A DNA stretch of 64,000 nt from a candidate division WOR-3 bacterium. GTDB taxonomy: Bacteria; Hydrothermota; Tepidihabitantia; Tepidihabitantales; JAOUPE01. The stretch lies in contig JBDRUX010000001.1 of the NCBI GenBank assembly GCA_039801565.1, positions 62,577 through 126,576 of the forward strand, read 5' to 3'. The stretch's first letter is position 1, and the number at the start of each line of letters is the position of its first letter. The notes under the pieces were generated by a model, which made no database searches, had not been told where the DNA came from, and worked only from the letters and a program-made list of their open reading frames with translations. Positions 39,538 through 52,094 of the stretch are shown here, piece by piece. The translations under genes and the position numbers were made by a program.

Positions 39538-42500
39538 ATGGATTTCAGCAGTAATAAACAAAAGAGGTTAGGCAAGAAGACCTGCTTTTCGATTTTTACC
39601 TATATGCTAATCCTATTAGCACTCGTAAGCACCGGACTCCAAGCTGGTTCAATTACCGAAAAGTTCAATTTTGCAAAAAGTGAAATAGGATTCAAGAAGA
39701 TTGGCGAATTCGATTTGCCGGTAATACGGGATTGGCTTTATACCGCGGAGGTTGGTAAGCCAATGATTCCTTATCTAATTTTTCAGGTTTTAGTTCCACC
39801 AACGGCAGAAGTTACTGAGGTAAAGGTCTTGTCATTTAAGAAAGTTGAAGTTGAAGGCAAATATTATATTCATCCCAGTCAACCACCAGTGCCAATTTCT
39901 TACAAAGGCGAGATTCCTTTTGTGCCACCTGATGAAGCAACTTATAATTCAACTGAAGAGTATCCAGCCCGGTTGGTTGATTTTGTGCCGACTGGTTCAA
40001 AAAGTGGCTACCGGATTGCTGGGGTTGAGGTTTATCCTTTACATTATGTGCCTAAGGAACGGAGGCTTTTCTTATACACCGAACTGGTCTTAGAAATTAT
40101 TTATGAAGAAGGTAAGGTTGCACCGCAACTTTTAACCGAATCCCAGAAGAGACTTTTTGGTCAAGAAGTGCGAAGTTTAATAATCAACAAAAAGGATTTA
40201 AAACGTTTTGAACCACCGACGAAACTGATTGACCAAGGTAACGAGATTGATTACTTGATTATAACCAGTAGCACCTTGGAATCGAATTTCCAGCCCTTAG
40301 CCGAATGGAAGACTAAAAAAGGCTGGAACACCAAAATTCGAAATACTAACTGGATAAATACTAATTATTCCGGCCGGGACTTACAAGAAAAAATCCGAAA
40401 TTACATTCGAACCTGTTTCGCCGATTCAGGTTTGAAGTTTGTGCTTCTGGCAGGTGATAATTCGATAATCCCAAAACGAGGAACATATGCCTGGGTTTCA
40501 CCTCATATTGACAGTTTCATACCTTGCGATTTGTATTTTGCTGATTTAGATTGGAGTTGGGATGGTAACCAAAACAATGTTTTTGGCGATACTTGGACAA
40601 TAGGCGGTAGGCGAGACACGGTTGACCTTTATTATGATGTTTACATCGGAAGGGCATCAGTAGAAACAGCGAGCGAAATTTCCAATTTCTTGAATAAATT
40701 ATTTACCTATGAGAAGAATCCAAATACTGATTACATCAAAAGAATCCTTTTACCTTGGGGGGTACTATGGTCAGGTTATGATAGCAAACAATCGCAAGAT
40801 TCGATAGCGAAATATACACCGGCTGGTTGGACTGACCGCTATATCAATGATACAAGAGTGGTTAATGAAGTTAGGGATTCGTTAAATAATGGTTTTCAAT
40901 TCTGCCATTTGGTTGGGCATGGCAATGATGTTGGGGTTTATTGGACAAGCACCGGACCAGCAATGTATCATACCGGCCATCCCGGAACACAGACCAATGT
41001 TAATAAGTATCTTATTGCTAATTCGATTGCTTGCTATCCAGGTAATTTTGAATACTCGGATTGTCTTGCTGAATCTATGGTGAATGTCCAGAATTGTGCG
41101 GTGGCGGTGATTATGAATTCAAGATATGGTTGGGGAACGCCGCCTAACATTGGTCCTTCAGAACTTCTTGATTTTCAATTTTATTATTTCTTTTTTAATT
41201 ATGATACCTTCCGAATCGGTATCACCCATGCCGAATCGAAAGAATTTTATCGGAACTCAGCTCTTAACCAACAGGTTTGGCGTTGGTGTTATTACGAGTT
41301 AAATCTCTTTGGTTGTCCGGAGATGCCGATGTGGCAGGATGTTCCTTTGACAATGACTCTTGCCTTTGACGATACAATAAACACTGGTAGCCAAACTTTT
41401 ACTGTAACCGTCACTGACCCGAGTGATGCGCCGGTTGTGAATGCTTTAGTTTGTCTTTGGAAAGGAAATGAAGTTTATGTGCGGGGGTATACTAATGCCA
41501 GCGGTATCGTTAACTTTACAATAAATCCTACCACTGTTGGTCAAATGTTTGTTACCGTCTCGGCTTTTAATCATTACCCGAAAGAGGATACTTGTTACAT
41601 TATTGAGCAGAACGAGGATGTCGGCGTTACGACTATTATTACACCAACCGGCAATATTGACTCGAGTGCGGTCTCCTCAATTATACCTCAAGCAACAATT
41701 CATAACTATAGCATTTCCGATACGCTAAGTTTCCCAGTAATTTTCTATATCTATGACAGTGGCTGGAATTTAGTATGGGCGGATACTCAGCAGATATTAG
41801 ACCTTGGTCCTAACCGCGATACGACAATAAATTTTGCTGCTTTAGGCATTGAATTGTCACGTGGCATTTATAACACTAAATGCACAACCGCCCTGGTTGG
41901 TGATATTAACCCATCCAATGACTGGCAGGATAGTTCATTTACGGTTATTGTCCACGATGCTGGGATGATTGATATTGTGACGCCAACCGGACTTATTAAG
42001 AAAAATAGTGTTATCACACCTCAAGTAACAGTGCGGAATTTTGGCAGTGTTAGAGATTCTTTTGATGTGATATTAACGATTGGAGCGACTTATGTTGATA
42101 CCGTCTTCACAACCCTTGACCCTAACAACCAAACAACACTTAGTTTTAATCCTTGGACCGCAACTGCAATTGGGACATTTCAAGTTCGCTGCACCACCGC
42201 TTTAATTGGCGATTTAGTCACAGTCAATGATACTTTATCGGATTCGGTAATAGTCTACGATGATGATGTCGGTGTGGTGGCAATTTTGGAGCCAGTTGGT
42301 CCGACCGATTCGACTGCGACGATTGTGCCCCGCTGTAGTGTTTACAATTATGGTTCATCACCAGCTACTTTTTCGGTTACTTTTAGAATCTTAGAAGCGG
42401 GTTATAGCAATACGCAAACCGTTACCGCATTAGCCCCCAATACCGGCACAGCGATTCCTTTTGCGCCCTGGTTGGTCGGGCCAAGGGGCAATTATACGAC

Positions 42501-45500
42501 AAGATGTTCAACCGGAATGAGTCCCGACACCAATGCATTGAACGACACTTTATCCGGTTCGTTTACGATTCGGGTGCATGATGTTGGTGTTACGGAAATT
42601 CTTGCCCCAATTGGTGTCGTTGCCTTAAATAGTTCAATTACACCCCAAGCAGTAGTTAGAAATTTTGGTACCGAGACCGATACCTTTGATGTTTCGCTTG
42701 TTGTTCTAACATCGCCGTCGAGTTCTTGGACGGAAACTGGAATAATTTTAGATTCTGGTGCGGTTGATACGGTCAGTTTTGCCCCGAACTGGACCGCAAG
42801 TCCTTTAGGAACATTTGAAGTCCGTTGTTCGACATCTTTAACTAATGATTTAGTCGTTGCTAATAATCTGAAGATTGATACGGTCATTGTTACGGATTTT
42901 GATGTTGGCGTAGTAGCGATTCTTGCTCCGGTAGACACATTAGATTCGACTGCTACCCTTGTTCCACAATGTAGTGTTTATAATTATGGTTCATCAGCGG
43001 TAACTTTCCCGGTGACTTTCCGAATCTTAGAAGCGGGTTATACCGCTACCGAGACAGTAATTGGCCTGCCACCAAATACTGGGACAACGGTTTCCTTTGC
43101 GCCTTGGACAGTAGGACCGCGCGGTTCTTATACAACCCGATGTTCAACCGAACTTATGCCAGATTTTAATCCAGTAAACGACACTTTATCTGGTTCATTT
43201 GTGATTCGAGTGCACGATGTTGGGGTGACTGAGATACTAGCACCAGTGGATACCGTGATTCTTAATCACGCTTATAATCCGAAAGCGGTTGTCACTAACT
43301 TTGGGTCGGTGCGTGAGACTTTTAATGTCTCATTGGTTATTCTTCCGACAATACCACCACCAAATTCGTTTACGCAATCCGTCACATTACCGGCAGGTGA
43401 AACCGATACGGTAGACTTTAATTTAGCACTCTGGGTGGCAACACCACTTGGAACTCATCAGGTCCGCTGTTCTACGGATTTGGCTAACGATTTAGTCCCC
43501 AATAACAATCTAATAATTGATTCGGTGACGGTTTCCGATGCGGATGTTGGAGTGACGGCAATCGTCTTTCCTACCGGCAATGTTGATTCGACAGCAACAA
43601 TAACACCACTGGTTAGTTTTTATAACTATGGTACTAATCCAGCGTCATTCCCAGCAATTCTTACTTTCACCGGGCCAGCTAATTATGTTGATACTCAAAT
43701 TGTCAATTTGGCCGGTAATAGTGGCTTGACGATACCGTTTGACCCTTGGACTGTTGGACCGCGTGGCACTTATCAGGTGAAATGCACTACTGCCCTTGCC
43801 TTTGACACCGCAGCAGTAAATGATACGATGTCAGGTTTCTTTTCCATTATTGTTCATGATGTCGCGACAATTGAAATTATTGCGCCGAAGGGAGTGATGC
43901 CGTTGAATCGAAGTGTCACTGCCCAAGCGGTAGTACGAAATAATGGAACCCAAGCTGAGAGTGTTGATGTTTCGATGATTGTTTTGACACCAGTGCCGAC
44001 TACTTGGACGGTGACGATAGATAATTTAGGGGCTGGTGTGACCGATACGGTTGATTTTGGGTTATGGACGGCAACACCACTTGGCACCCATCAGGTTCGT
44101 TGTTCGACCGATTTGGCTAATGATTTAGTTCCAAGTAATAATCTAATAATTGATTCGGTGACGGTTTCCGATGCGGATGTTGGAGTGACCGAAATCTTGT
44201 ATCCAACTGGAACAATTGATTCAACGGTATCATTGATTCCAGAAGCGGTTGTCTTCAATTATGGTTCGCAAGCTATATCCTTCCCAGTTATTATGAGAAT
44301 TTTACCACCAGCAACTTATGTTAATATTCAGTGGGTGAATAATCTTCCACCCAACACCGCTGATACAGTTCAATTTGCGCCTTGGACAATCGGACCGCGG
44401 GGAACTTATACTGTTCGATGTTCTACCGCTTTAAATATTGATACCAGTGCGGTAAACGACACAGTCTCACGACAATTTGAAATCATTGTTCACGATGTTG
44501 GAACTACTGAAATTCTTGCCCCCAAGGGTATTGTTCCTTTAGGTAGTCCGGTTACACCTCGTGCAGTGGTGAGAAATTTTGGGACTGAGACCGATACCTT
44601 TGATGTCTCGCTTACCGTTCTGACCGTGCCACCAAGTTCTTGGACCCAAACCGGGATAGTCTTGAACCCAGGTGAAGTTGATACCGTCAGTTTCGCACCA
44701 AACTGGACAGCAGGTCCGGTTGGAATTTTCCAGGTTCGCTGCTCAACTTCGATGGTGCAGGATTCGGTATTGGCTAATAATCTTCAAATTGACACGGTTC
44801 AGGTGGTCGCATTTGATGTTGGTGTAAATGCCATTGTTGCACCAGTTGGAACCATTGATTCTTCTACTACTCCAACGGTTGTGCCTCAGGCAAGCATAAC
44901 GAATTATGCAACTATACCGGTTAGTTTCCCCGCAATTTTCCGTATCACCCGTGGTGCTTATATTTGGGCTGATACCCAGACTATTAATCTAAATGCTGGA
45001 CAAACTACTACGGTTAGTTTTGACCCTTGGACAGTTGGGCAAACCGGTATTTACACAACACGCTGCACAACTGGTTTGATTGGTGATGTCGACCCAACTA
45101 ATAATCACACTGACAGTACTTTCCGAGTTGTAACCCCGGGTGGTGATGTGGGAGTGACCGCATTGATTCTTAACCCATCTGGACCGAATGTTGATTCCGG
45201 CACAACCATTCAAATTTCTGCCCGTGTTAAAAACTTCGGTACCGAGGTCTCCACTTTCCAGGTGAAGACAAAGATTGGTACTTTTTATCTCGACAGCCTA
45301 CCGACACCACTTACCTTAAATCCTGGCGATTCCGCAACGGTAAGTTTTAGCAATTGGGTTGCAGTCCGGCGTGGCCAACACATTGTGCGATGTAGCACCG
45401 AATTAGATGGCGACATTGACCATTCTAATGACCGTCAGACAAGAAATATTACAGTCTTGGTTCGCGATGTGCGAACCTATTCAATTTTGGCACCAACCGG

Positions 45501-47994
45501 CAATATTGATTCAACCGCTAATCCAATCACACCACAGGCAATAGTTGAAAATTCAGGCAATGTTTTAGTAGATAGCTTCCCGGTAATATTCACTATAACT
45601 GGACCAGCCACCTGGACGAATACTCAGATGGTTAGGAATTTGCCGGCTGGACAACAGCGGACAGTAGACTTTGCACCTTGGACAATTGGTCCGGTTGGTG
45701 CTTATACAACGGCTTGTAGCACCGCTTATGCCCTTGATATGAACCCGTCTAATGACCGGCGTACCTCACAATTCTGGATTCAAAGGGTTGATATCAGCGT
45801 TGACTCCATTGTCTCACCATTAGGTGTGGTAGATTCCAATTCGGTTGTGCCAGTCCAAGCCTGGGTATCAAACCAAGGCACCTCAAACAAAACCTTCTTG
45901 GCTATTTTCCGAATCGGCACCTTTTATACTGATACTGTAATCATAACCCTTAATTCACTTGCCGATTCGTTAGTCACCTTTGACACTTGGCGTATCTCAC
46001 AACCAAAAGGGATTTATCCAGTCCAATGCACGACAGTGATTGCCAATGATGCCAATCCCAATAATAACCAAGATACAGGTTCGGTGCAAGTGCGCGTCAA
46101 AGATGTCGCAATAGATTCAATCATTTCGCCAAGCCCAGTTATTCCACCCGGCATAATGAATCCAATTGCCCGAGTCATCAATAATGGCAGTGATTCACTT
46201 GATTTTTATGTCTATTTCCGAATTCGTAGTGCCAGTGGTACGGTTTATTTCGATTCCGCTTATGTTCCACTCTTGGCACCGGATTCGAGTTACGACGCCA
46301 CTTTTCCGGCTTGGGATGCAGTGCCTGGTATTTATATTGCTCGTTGTTCCTTAGCAATAGCTGGTGATATGGTTCGAAGCAATGACACCTTATCAATTAC
46401 TTTTAATGTTGCGACTCGGGATGTGGGTGTCTCAAGAATTGTCTTTCCAGGAAGACGGACTTTATTAGGACCAATTCAACCGCGCGTTGTTGTGAAAAAC
46501 TATTCCAGTACTATCGAATCATTCTGGACTTGGTTCAGCATCACTGATACAGCGAGTGGTAGTAATGTCTATTTTGATTCGGCATTTTGTGCCGACTTAG
46601 GTCCTTGGATGGAACAAATTCTTGACTTCCCAATCTGGACCGCTAACCTTGGCGGTTATCGGCTTGTTTCGTATACGGCTTTAGTTGGTGATGATAGCAC
46701 AGCTAATGATACAGTTACTGCCTACTGTCAGGTTGATTCAATTATTTTGCCAAAATGGGCACAAAAAATGGATATGCCACTTGGACCAAGAGGCAGACCA
46801 GTGAAACGGGGTGGTTGTATTACCTTTGGTGGTAATAACCTCTTATTCGCCCTCAAAGGTGCCGGTACCAACGAATTCTACTCCTACAATATTACCTCGG
46901 ACACTTGGGTAACCTTGGAAACGATACCCTATGCCTTAAATAAGAAAAAGAAAGTAAAGGGTGGCTCTGCAATTTGTTATGATGGCAATAACACAATATT
47001 TGCCCTCAAGGGCAATAACACTCTTGAATTCTGGGCTTATTCAATTCCTTACTCTACCTGGATCCAATTAACTGATGTCCCAGCTGGGAGCAAACGAGCT
47101 AAAGGCGGCTCGGGTCTTGCTTTCGTCCCAGGTCCAACTGGTGGTTTAATCTATTGTCTGAAAGGTAGTAAGACCTTTGAGTTTTATGCCTATTCCATTG
47201 CCACTAATACTTGGATTTTCCTGCGCAATGCGCCAGCCGGCTATCGGGGCAAACCATTTGACAAAGGTAGTTGTCTCACCTATGACCCAAGTACCAATCA
47301 AATCTTTGCCTTAAAAGGCTATGAAAACGAATTCTTCGCCTATGATATCATTGCTGATTCTTGGACAATTAAAGCATCGCTACCAATATATGGCTTTGCT
47401 GGACAAAAACGAGCCAAAGAAGGTGCAGCACTGGTTGCCGATGGTTCTGGTCTTATCTATGCCTTCAAAGGCAATAATTCACAAGAATTCTGGGTCTATC
47501 ACATTGCCGGTGACTGGTGGGAACAGGTTGACCCGATTCCGATTGGACCAAACAATCGCAAAGTCAACCAAGGTGGCGCTCTCGCCTATGTTCCGAGCAT
47601 TGGCAAAATTTATGCTCTAAAAGGAAATCGAACTCGAGAACTTTGGGCTTATGACCCCAATGCATTATCACTTTTGAACTCGTTGAACGATTTGAACTCT
47701 TCATCGGGCACTATGGAAACAGAAACCCGTCCGCTTGAGTTAATTAACTTCAAAGTAACCCCGAACCCGAACAAAGGAAATTTCATATTAAAATACAATG
47801 TAGATAAGATTCGTCCGATTACAGTTAAACTTTACAATGCCTTGGGTGAACGAGTCTTTGAACAAACTAAGCAAGTTACGAATAAATCAGGAACGATTAC
47901 GATTGACACTGAAAAACTGGCGATCGGCATCTACATTATGCGGATAGAGTTCGATGGCGTAAGGTATAGCGAAAAGGTTCTAATTCAGAGGTAA
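39538..47994 (+). CDS. Gingipain-like C25 cysteine peptidase with propeptide, ~16 Ig-like/CARDB repeats, Kelch-like propeller and T9SS CTD
   Basis: SD AGGAGG before ATG 39538; IPCDLYFADLD, GHGN (His) and SIACYPG (Cys) catalytic motifs, LFGCP; DVGV..I..P repeats; KGxNTxEF repeats; PNP...GIYI...KVLIQR. Confidence 0.92.
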   Translation: MDFSSNKQKRLGKKTCFSIFTYMLILLALVSTGLQAGSITEKFNFAKSEIGFKKIGEFDLPVIRDWLYTAEVGKPMIPYLIFQVLVPPTAEVTEVKVLSFKKVEVEGKYYIHPSQPPVPISYKGEIPFVPPDEATYNSTEEYPARLVDFVPTGSKSGYRIAGVEVYPLHYVPKERRLFLYTELVLEIIYEEGKVAPQLLTESQKRLFGQEVRSLIINKKDLKRFEPPTKLIDQGNEIDYLIITSSTLESNFQPLAEWKTKKGWNTKIRNTNWINTNYSGRDLQEKIRNYIRTCFADSGLKFVLLAGDNSIIPKRGTYAWVSPHIDSFIPCDLYFADLDWSWDGNQNNVFGDTWTIGGRRDTVDLYYDVYIGRASVETASEISNFLNKLFTYEKNPNTDYIKRILLPWGVLWSGYDSKQSQDSIAKYTPAGWTDRYINDTRVVNEVRDSLNNGFQFCHLVGHGNDVGVYWTSTGPAMYHTGHPGTQTNVNKYLIANSIACYPGNFEYSDCLAESMVNVQNCAVAVIMNSRYGWGTPPNIGPSELLDFQFYYFFFNYDTFRIGITHAESKEFYRNSALNQQVWRWCYYELNLFGCPEMPMWQDVPLTMTLAFDDTINTGSQTFTVTVTDPSDAPVVNALVCLWKGNEVYVRGYTNASGIVNFTINPTTVGQMFVTVSAFNHYPKEDTCYIIEQNEDVGVTTIITPTGNIDSSAVSSIIPQATIHNYSISDTLSFPVIFYIYDSGWNLVWADTQQILDLGPNRDTTINFAALGIELSRGIYNTKCTTALVGDINPSNDWQDSSFTVIVHDAGMIDIVTPTGLIKKNSVITPQVTVRNFGSVRDSFDVILTIGATYVDTVFTTLDPNNQTTLSFNPWTATAIGTFQVRCTTALIGDLVTVNDTLSDSVIVYDDDVGVVAILEPVGPTDSTATIVPRCSVYNYGSSPATFSVTFRILEAGYSNTQTVTALAPNTGTAIPFAPWLVGPRGNYTTRCSTGMSPDTNALNDTLSGSFTIRVHDVGVTEILAPIGVVALNSSITPQAVVRNFGTETDTFDVSLVVLTSPSSSWTETGIILDSGAVDTVSFAPNWTASPLGTFEVRCSTSLTNDLVVANNLKIDTVIVTDFDVGVVAILAPVDTLDSTATLVPQCSVYNYGSSAVTFPVTFRILEAGYTATETVIGLPPNTGTTVSFAPWTVGPRGSYTTRCSTELMPDFNPVNDTLSGSFVIRVHDVGVTEILAPVDTVILNHAYNPKAVVTNFGSVRETFNVSLVILPTIPPPNSFTQSVTLPAGETDTVDFNLALWVATPLGTHQVRCSTDLANDLVPNNNLIIDSVTVSDADVGVTAIVFPTGNVDSTATITPLVSFYNYGTNPASFPAILTFTGPANYVDTQIVNLAGNSGLTIPFDPWTVGPRGTYQVKCTTALAFDTAAVNDTMSGFFSIIVHDVATIEIIAPKGVMPLNRSVTAQAVVRNNGTQAESVDVSMIVLTPVPTTWTVTIDNLGAGVTDTVDFGLWTATPLGTHQVRCSTDLANDLVPSNNLIIDSVTVSDADVGVTEILYPTGTIDSTVSLIPEAVVFNYGSQAISFPVIMRILPPATYVNIQWVNNLPPNTADTVQFAPWTIGPRGTYTVRCSTALNIDTSAVNDTVSRQFEIIVHDVGTTEILAPKGIVPLGSPVTPRAVVRNFGTETDTFDVSLTVLTVPPSSWTQTGIVLNPGEVDTVSFAPNWTAGPVGIFQVRCSTSMVQDSVLANNLQIDTVQVVAFDVGVNAIVAPVGTIDSSTTPTVVPQASITNYATIPVSFPAIFRITRGAYIWADTQTINLNAGQTTTVSFDPWTVGQTGIYTTRCTTGLIGDVDPTNNHTDSTFRVVTPGGDVGVTALILNPSGPNVDSGTTIQISARVKNFGTEVSTFQVKTKIGTFYLDSLPTPLTLNPGDSATVSFSNWVAVRRGQHIVRCSTELDGDIDHSNDRQTRNITVLVRDVRTYSILAPTGNIDSTANPITPQAIVENSGNVLVDSFPVIFTITGPATWTNTQMVRNLPAGQQRTVDFAPWTIGPVGAYTTACSTAYALDMNPSNDRRTSQFWIQRVDISVDSIVSPLGVVDSNSVVPVQAWVSNQGTSNKTFLAIFRIGTFYTDTVIITLNSLADSLVTFDTWRISQPKGIYPVQCTTVIANDANPNNNQDTGSVQVRVKDVAIDSIISPSPVIPPGIMNPIARVINNGSDSLDFYVYFRIRSASGTVYFDSAYVPLLAPDSSYDATFPAWDAVPGIYIARCSLAIAGDMVRSNDTLSITFNVATRDVGVSRIVFPGRRTLLGPIQPRVVVKNYSSTIESFWTWFSITDTASGSNVYFDSAFCADLGPWMEQILDFPIWTANLGGYRLVSYTALVGDDSTANDTVTAYCQVDSIILPKWAQKMDMPLGPRGRPVKRGGCITFGGNNLLFALKGAGTNEFYSYNITSDTWVTLETIPYALNKKKKVKGGSAICYDGNNTIFALKGNNTLEFWAYSIPYSTWIQLTDVPAGSKRAKGGSGLAFVPGPTGGLIYCLKGSKTFEFYAYSIATNTWIFLRNAPAGYRGKPFDKGSCLTYDPSTNQIFALKGYENEFFAYDIIADSWTIKASLPIYGFAGQKRAKEGAALVADGSGLIYAFKGNNSQEFWVYHIAGDWWEQVDPIPIGPNNRKVNQGGALAYVPSIGKIYALKGNRTRELWAYDPNALSLLNSLNDLNSSSGTMETETRPLELINFKVTPNPNKGNFILKYNVDKIRPITVKLYNALGERVFEQTKQVTNKSGTITIDTEKLAIGIYIMRIEFDGVRYSEKVLIQR

Positions 47995-48011
47995 AACTTT
48001 AGCCAACTTGT

Positions 48012-48044
48012 AGCCCGCACCTTTTGGTGCGGGCTTTCCCTTTT
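48012..48044 (+). terminator. Rho-independent terminator
   Basis: AGCCCGCAC-CTTTTG-GTGCGGGCT followed by T-rich tail. Confidence 0.75.
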
Positions 48045-51000
48045 GGTAAATAACTTGACTTTGGTTCTTTATGAGGGTAAATTGTTGGCAATGCAAGCGA
48101 AACAATCGGTCCATTATATGCCTGATAAAAAATTATGGTGTGCTGTAGCCATTTTAATTTTGGTAGCGAAAAATCCAATTTACTCCGCTAAGACGAAGCA
48201 ACTCAACAATCCAGTGAATTGGGATACAACAAGAATTTATTCAGGGTCCGGAACATTACAAAAAATTTCAGTGGGTAATAAATTAAAAGGAGTAAACGAT
48301 GATACCTTTCGGATAGCTACCGGTCAATCAACACTCAGACGAAATGCTTTAATCCTCACTGATACTTCCAGTGCACCACCAATGAAATGGCGAGCCGATT
48401 CTATTTTCTCAGGAATGGATAATAATGGCATATTGAGTGTTGCAATTGGTGATGTTGATGGTGATGGAACAAATGAGGTTATTTTTGGTCAAGCTGGGGG
48501 TAACCTGAAAAGAGTTAAATGGATTGCAAATTCCTGGAATGTAACTCAGATTGATTCTCAAGGTGGTCAGGTGTATGACATTGCGATTGGCGATGCCGAT
48601 AATAATGGAATCCAAGATATAATTTTTGCTCGTTACAATTATGTTTTTAGAAGTTATTGGGCTGGCAGTTCTTGGCAGACCAATCAAATCTGGTCTGGGG
48701 ATGGTAATCGTTGCCACGGCGTTGCAATTGGTGATTTTGATACTTCTTCCTCAGGAAATGAGGTTGTTGCGGTTACTTATAATGGCAAGGCGGTGCGAAT
48801 TAGATGGAATGGTTCAAGCTGGGAAAATTATGTAATGTATGATAATTCCAGTTGTCGGTTTTATGAACCAGCGATTGGTGATTTTGATATTTTAAATCTT
48901 GGACAAGAGGTTGCTTTCGGGAATGCTTTGCCAACCCCAAGTTATGGGTCAGTTATTGAACTTTTTGGCTCAGGTACAAACTGGTCAGTTAGAGCGATTT
49001 ATAATCCGATAGGTAGTGAAGCTTGTTACAATCTTGCGATTGGCGATATCTTTGATGAGCATGAAGGTCTGGAAGTTATTGCTATTGGTATTAGAAGCGG
49101 CGACGATTCAATTCGAGTTATTTATGGAAGCGGTTCAAGTTGGACAAATCAAGCAATTATAGGTTTTTCTCAGATATTAGGTGACAATGGCATTGCCGTT
49201 AGTGATATTAATAAATACCGAAATCATAATCAGGAAATTGTCTTTGCCCGAAATACAATCCTTTACGAAGCTGAACAGAGAATTCCTCCCGGACCAACTA
49301 TAACTAATATCTCCCATAACCCAAGAATTCCTTTGTCATCAGAAAGTGTTACAGTAAGAGCAAAAATTCTCGACACATTGACCTTAACTGCTGATAGCCT
49401 TTATTATGCAATAAATAGTCCAAACAATTGGCAATCAATTTATCATTCCAATCTTGACTCATTTTATTATTACACAATTCCCACTCAAGATACCGGTGCA
49501 ATAATTTATTATTTTATAACCGCCAAAAATAATGGCGGTGGCAGAAGCCAAAGCCTAATCTTTTCCTATCAAGTTGCTTACGAACATAGTATCTATCAGA
49601 TTCAATATACTTCTGGTTCTTCTGATACTTCACCGGATAATAACAAATATGTTTTTACTAAAGGAATTGTAACTGGGATATTTGGACGATTTTTCAATAT
49701 TGAAGAGAAGCCCGGAGGTGCCTGGCACGGTATTCATATTCGAAGACCAGCGTTTAGTGATACCACACCCAATTTAGTTATTGGCGATAGTGTTGAAGTT
49801 CTCGGTCGCGTGCAGGAATTAGCCAATCAGACTGTAATCAATGTCTTTTATGATAGTGGCGGTCGAGTGCAAAGAATTGAGCCAGCACGACCATTACCCT
49901 GCACCACCCTAACCACAATTAGCCAAATCGCTGAATCGTTAGAAGGCACATTGGTGAGGATTGATACTCTGCGTTTCAAAATTACCGGAATATTTCAACC
50001 CAACACAGTTTATTGGGTATATAATTAGCCGAAACCGAATCAATTCCAGTATTCATTCGCAGTGAAACCAATATACCCAATGAATCAATCCCAAATGGCT
50101 TTTTCCTTCTGACTGGCTGTTTAAATCAATATATTCAGGATTATCAAATTATGCCAAGAATAATAGAAGATTTTAGTCTCTTGCTAGTTGATTTTGGTCC
50201 AACTGAAATTTTATCTCCGCCGGATACCGTCAATTATGGTGATAGTATCTTCCCAAAGGTTATAATCCGTAACTACCAAATGACGCCGGTGACGAACCTA
50301 TCAGTCTGGCTTCGGATTGGTAACACTTATACCAACGAGCGATTCTTCCCAAAACTGGCATCCCAGCCTTATGACACTATTGAATTTAATCTATGGTTAG
50401 GCAGTCCAGGGTGGCAGGAGATTAAGACTTGGACGAGATTGCGCAACGACTTAAATCCCAATAACGACACGCTCTTAGATTCAGTTTATGTCCGTCCGCC
50501 GGCTTTACCACCTGATGTTGGCGTAACCGAAATCATCCTAATGAATGATACCGTTTCAATTGGTGATACTTTCATTCCAAAGGCAATAGTAAAGAATTTC
50601 AGCCCAACACCGGCTGTTAATTTCTTTGTCCATTTTAAGATTGGCAATGTTTTCTCCGATTCGGTCTTTATACTAAATTTTGGTCCTTATCAGATTGATA
50701 CAATCCAATTCCAACCTTGGGTTGCTCAACTCGGTATTTATCAACTAACCGCCTATACTAATCTTTACCTTGACCCTAATCCAAATAATGACACTGCCTA
50801 TGGTTCGTTATTGGTTAGAACTATCACTGGTGGTTGGCAGGAGCGAAGTAGTATGCCAATTGGTAGTGGGAAAAGAGTCAAGCAAGGCGGTGCTTTGGTT
50901 TATACCCGCCACGATACAATTTATGCCCTCAAAGGCAATAACACTCTTGAATTTTATGCCTATAATACAACTACCGATTCCTGGGTGAAAAAAGAATCGT

Positions 51001-52040
51001 TGCCGATGCTTGGCACAAAGCCAAAACGGGTGAAAAAAGGCGCGGCATTAACCTATGACAGATGGAATAATAAAATCTATGCCTTAAAAGGTAATAATAC
51101 CCGTGAGTTCTGGCAATACGACCTATTAAAAGATAGCTGGATTTATTTAGGCGAAGTCCCTTCGGCAAATGGCAAGGGAATAAAAGGCGGGTCAGCACTC
51201 GCTTGTGCTAAAATTGGTCAGAATATTTACATCTACTTTATGAAGGGCACAAAAACTTCCGAGTTCTACGCCTATGATGCCACTCCCGATACTTGGATTA
51301 AAAGTTTGAAACCGATTCCGATTCTGCCGAGCGGCAAACCAATGAAAGATGGCAGTTGTATGGTCAAAGGTGATAGTGTCCTATTTTGTCTAAAAGGTGG
51401 CTATAATGACTTCTATGCCTATAGTATTGGTTCGGATACCTGGTATCTAAAGAAGTCACTACCGATAATGGGTGCCAGCCAGCGAAAAAAGAAAGTAAAA
51501 GATGGTGCTGGTTTATGTTATGACGATGCTCATAATGTTGTTTATTGCCTCAAAGGCGGCAATACCCAGGAATTTTGGGCTTATTATCCAGATTTGGACA
51601 CCTGGATGGAATTAGAGACAATTCCAAAAGGATCTTCTAACAAACGAGTAAAAAGTGGTGGTGCTTTAACTTTTGCTGATGGTTTAATTTTCGCTTTAAA
51701 AGGTAATAATACTCGTGAATTATGGTGTTATACGCCGAACTCAATCAAACTTCAAAACCCAATTCGCTTATCTGCGGTGTGCGCGAATCAAACTGCAATA
51801 CCCAGGGGCATTACAATCCAAAGCAAAAGCAATACAATAAATATTAAATTCGGTCTAAATATTCCATTAATTGATTACAGTTTATACGATGTTTTAGGCA
51901 GGGTGGTTAAAAGCGAAAAAATTAAGATAAAAAATAATATCTTATCAATTAATATGAAAGGTATGCCTTCCGGCATTTATATTCTCAAATTGAATTATAA
52001 TAGGACCACAATTACCCAAAAAATCATCTTAAATCATTAA
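48043..52040 (+). pseudogene. FG-GAP + OB-fold + CARDB + Kelch-like + T9SS protein, split by a frameshift at ~50025 (or assembly indel)
   Basis: ORF1 ends WVYN*; the -1 frame continues LAETESIPVFIRSETNIP...DYQIMPR into ORF2 with no stop. Confidence 0.75.
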
Positions 52041-52094
52041 GAAGACCAGCAGAAAAGAATCTGTAAAATAGTCAAAAACTTGAAATATATTTCA

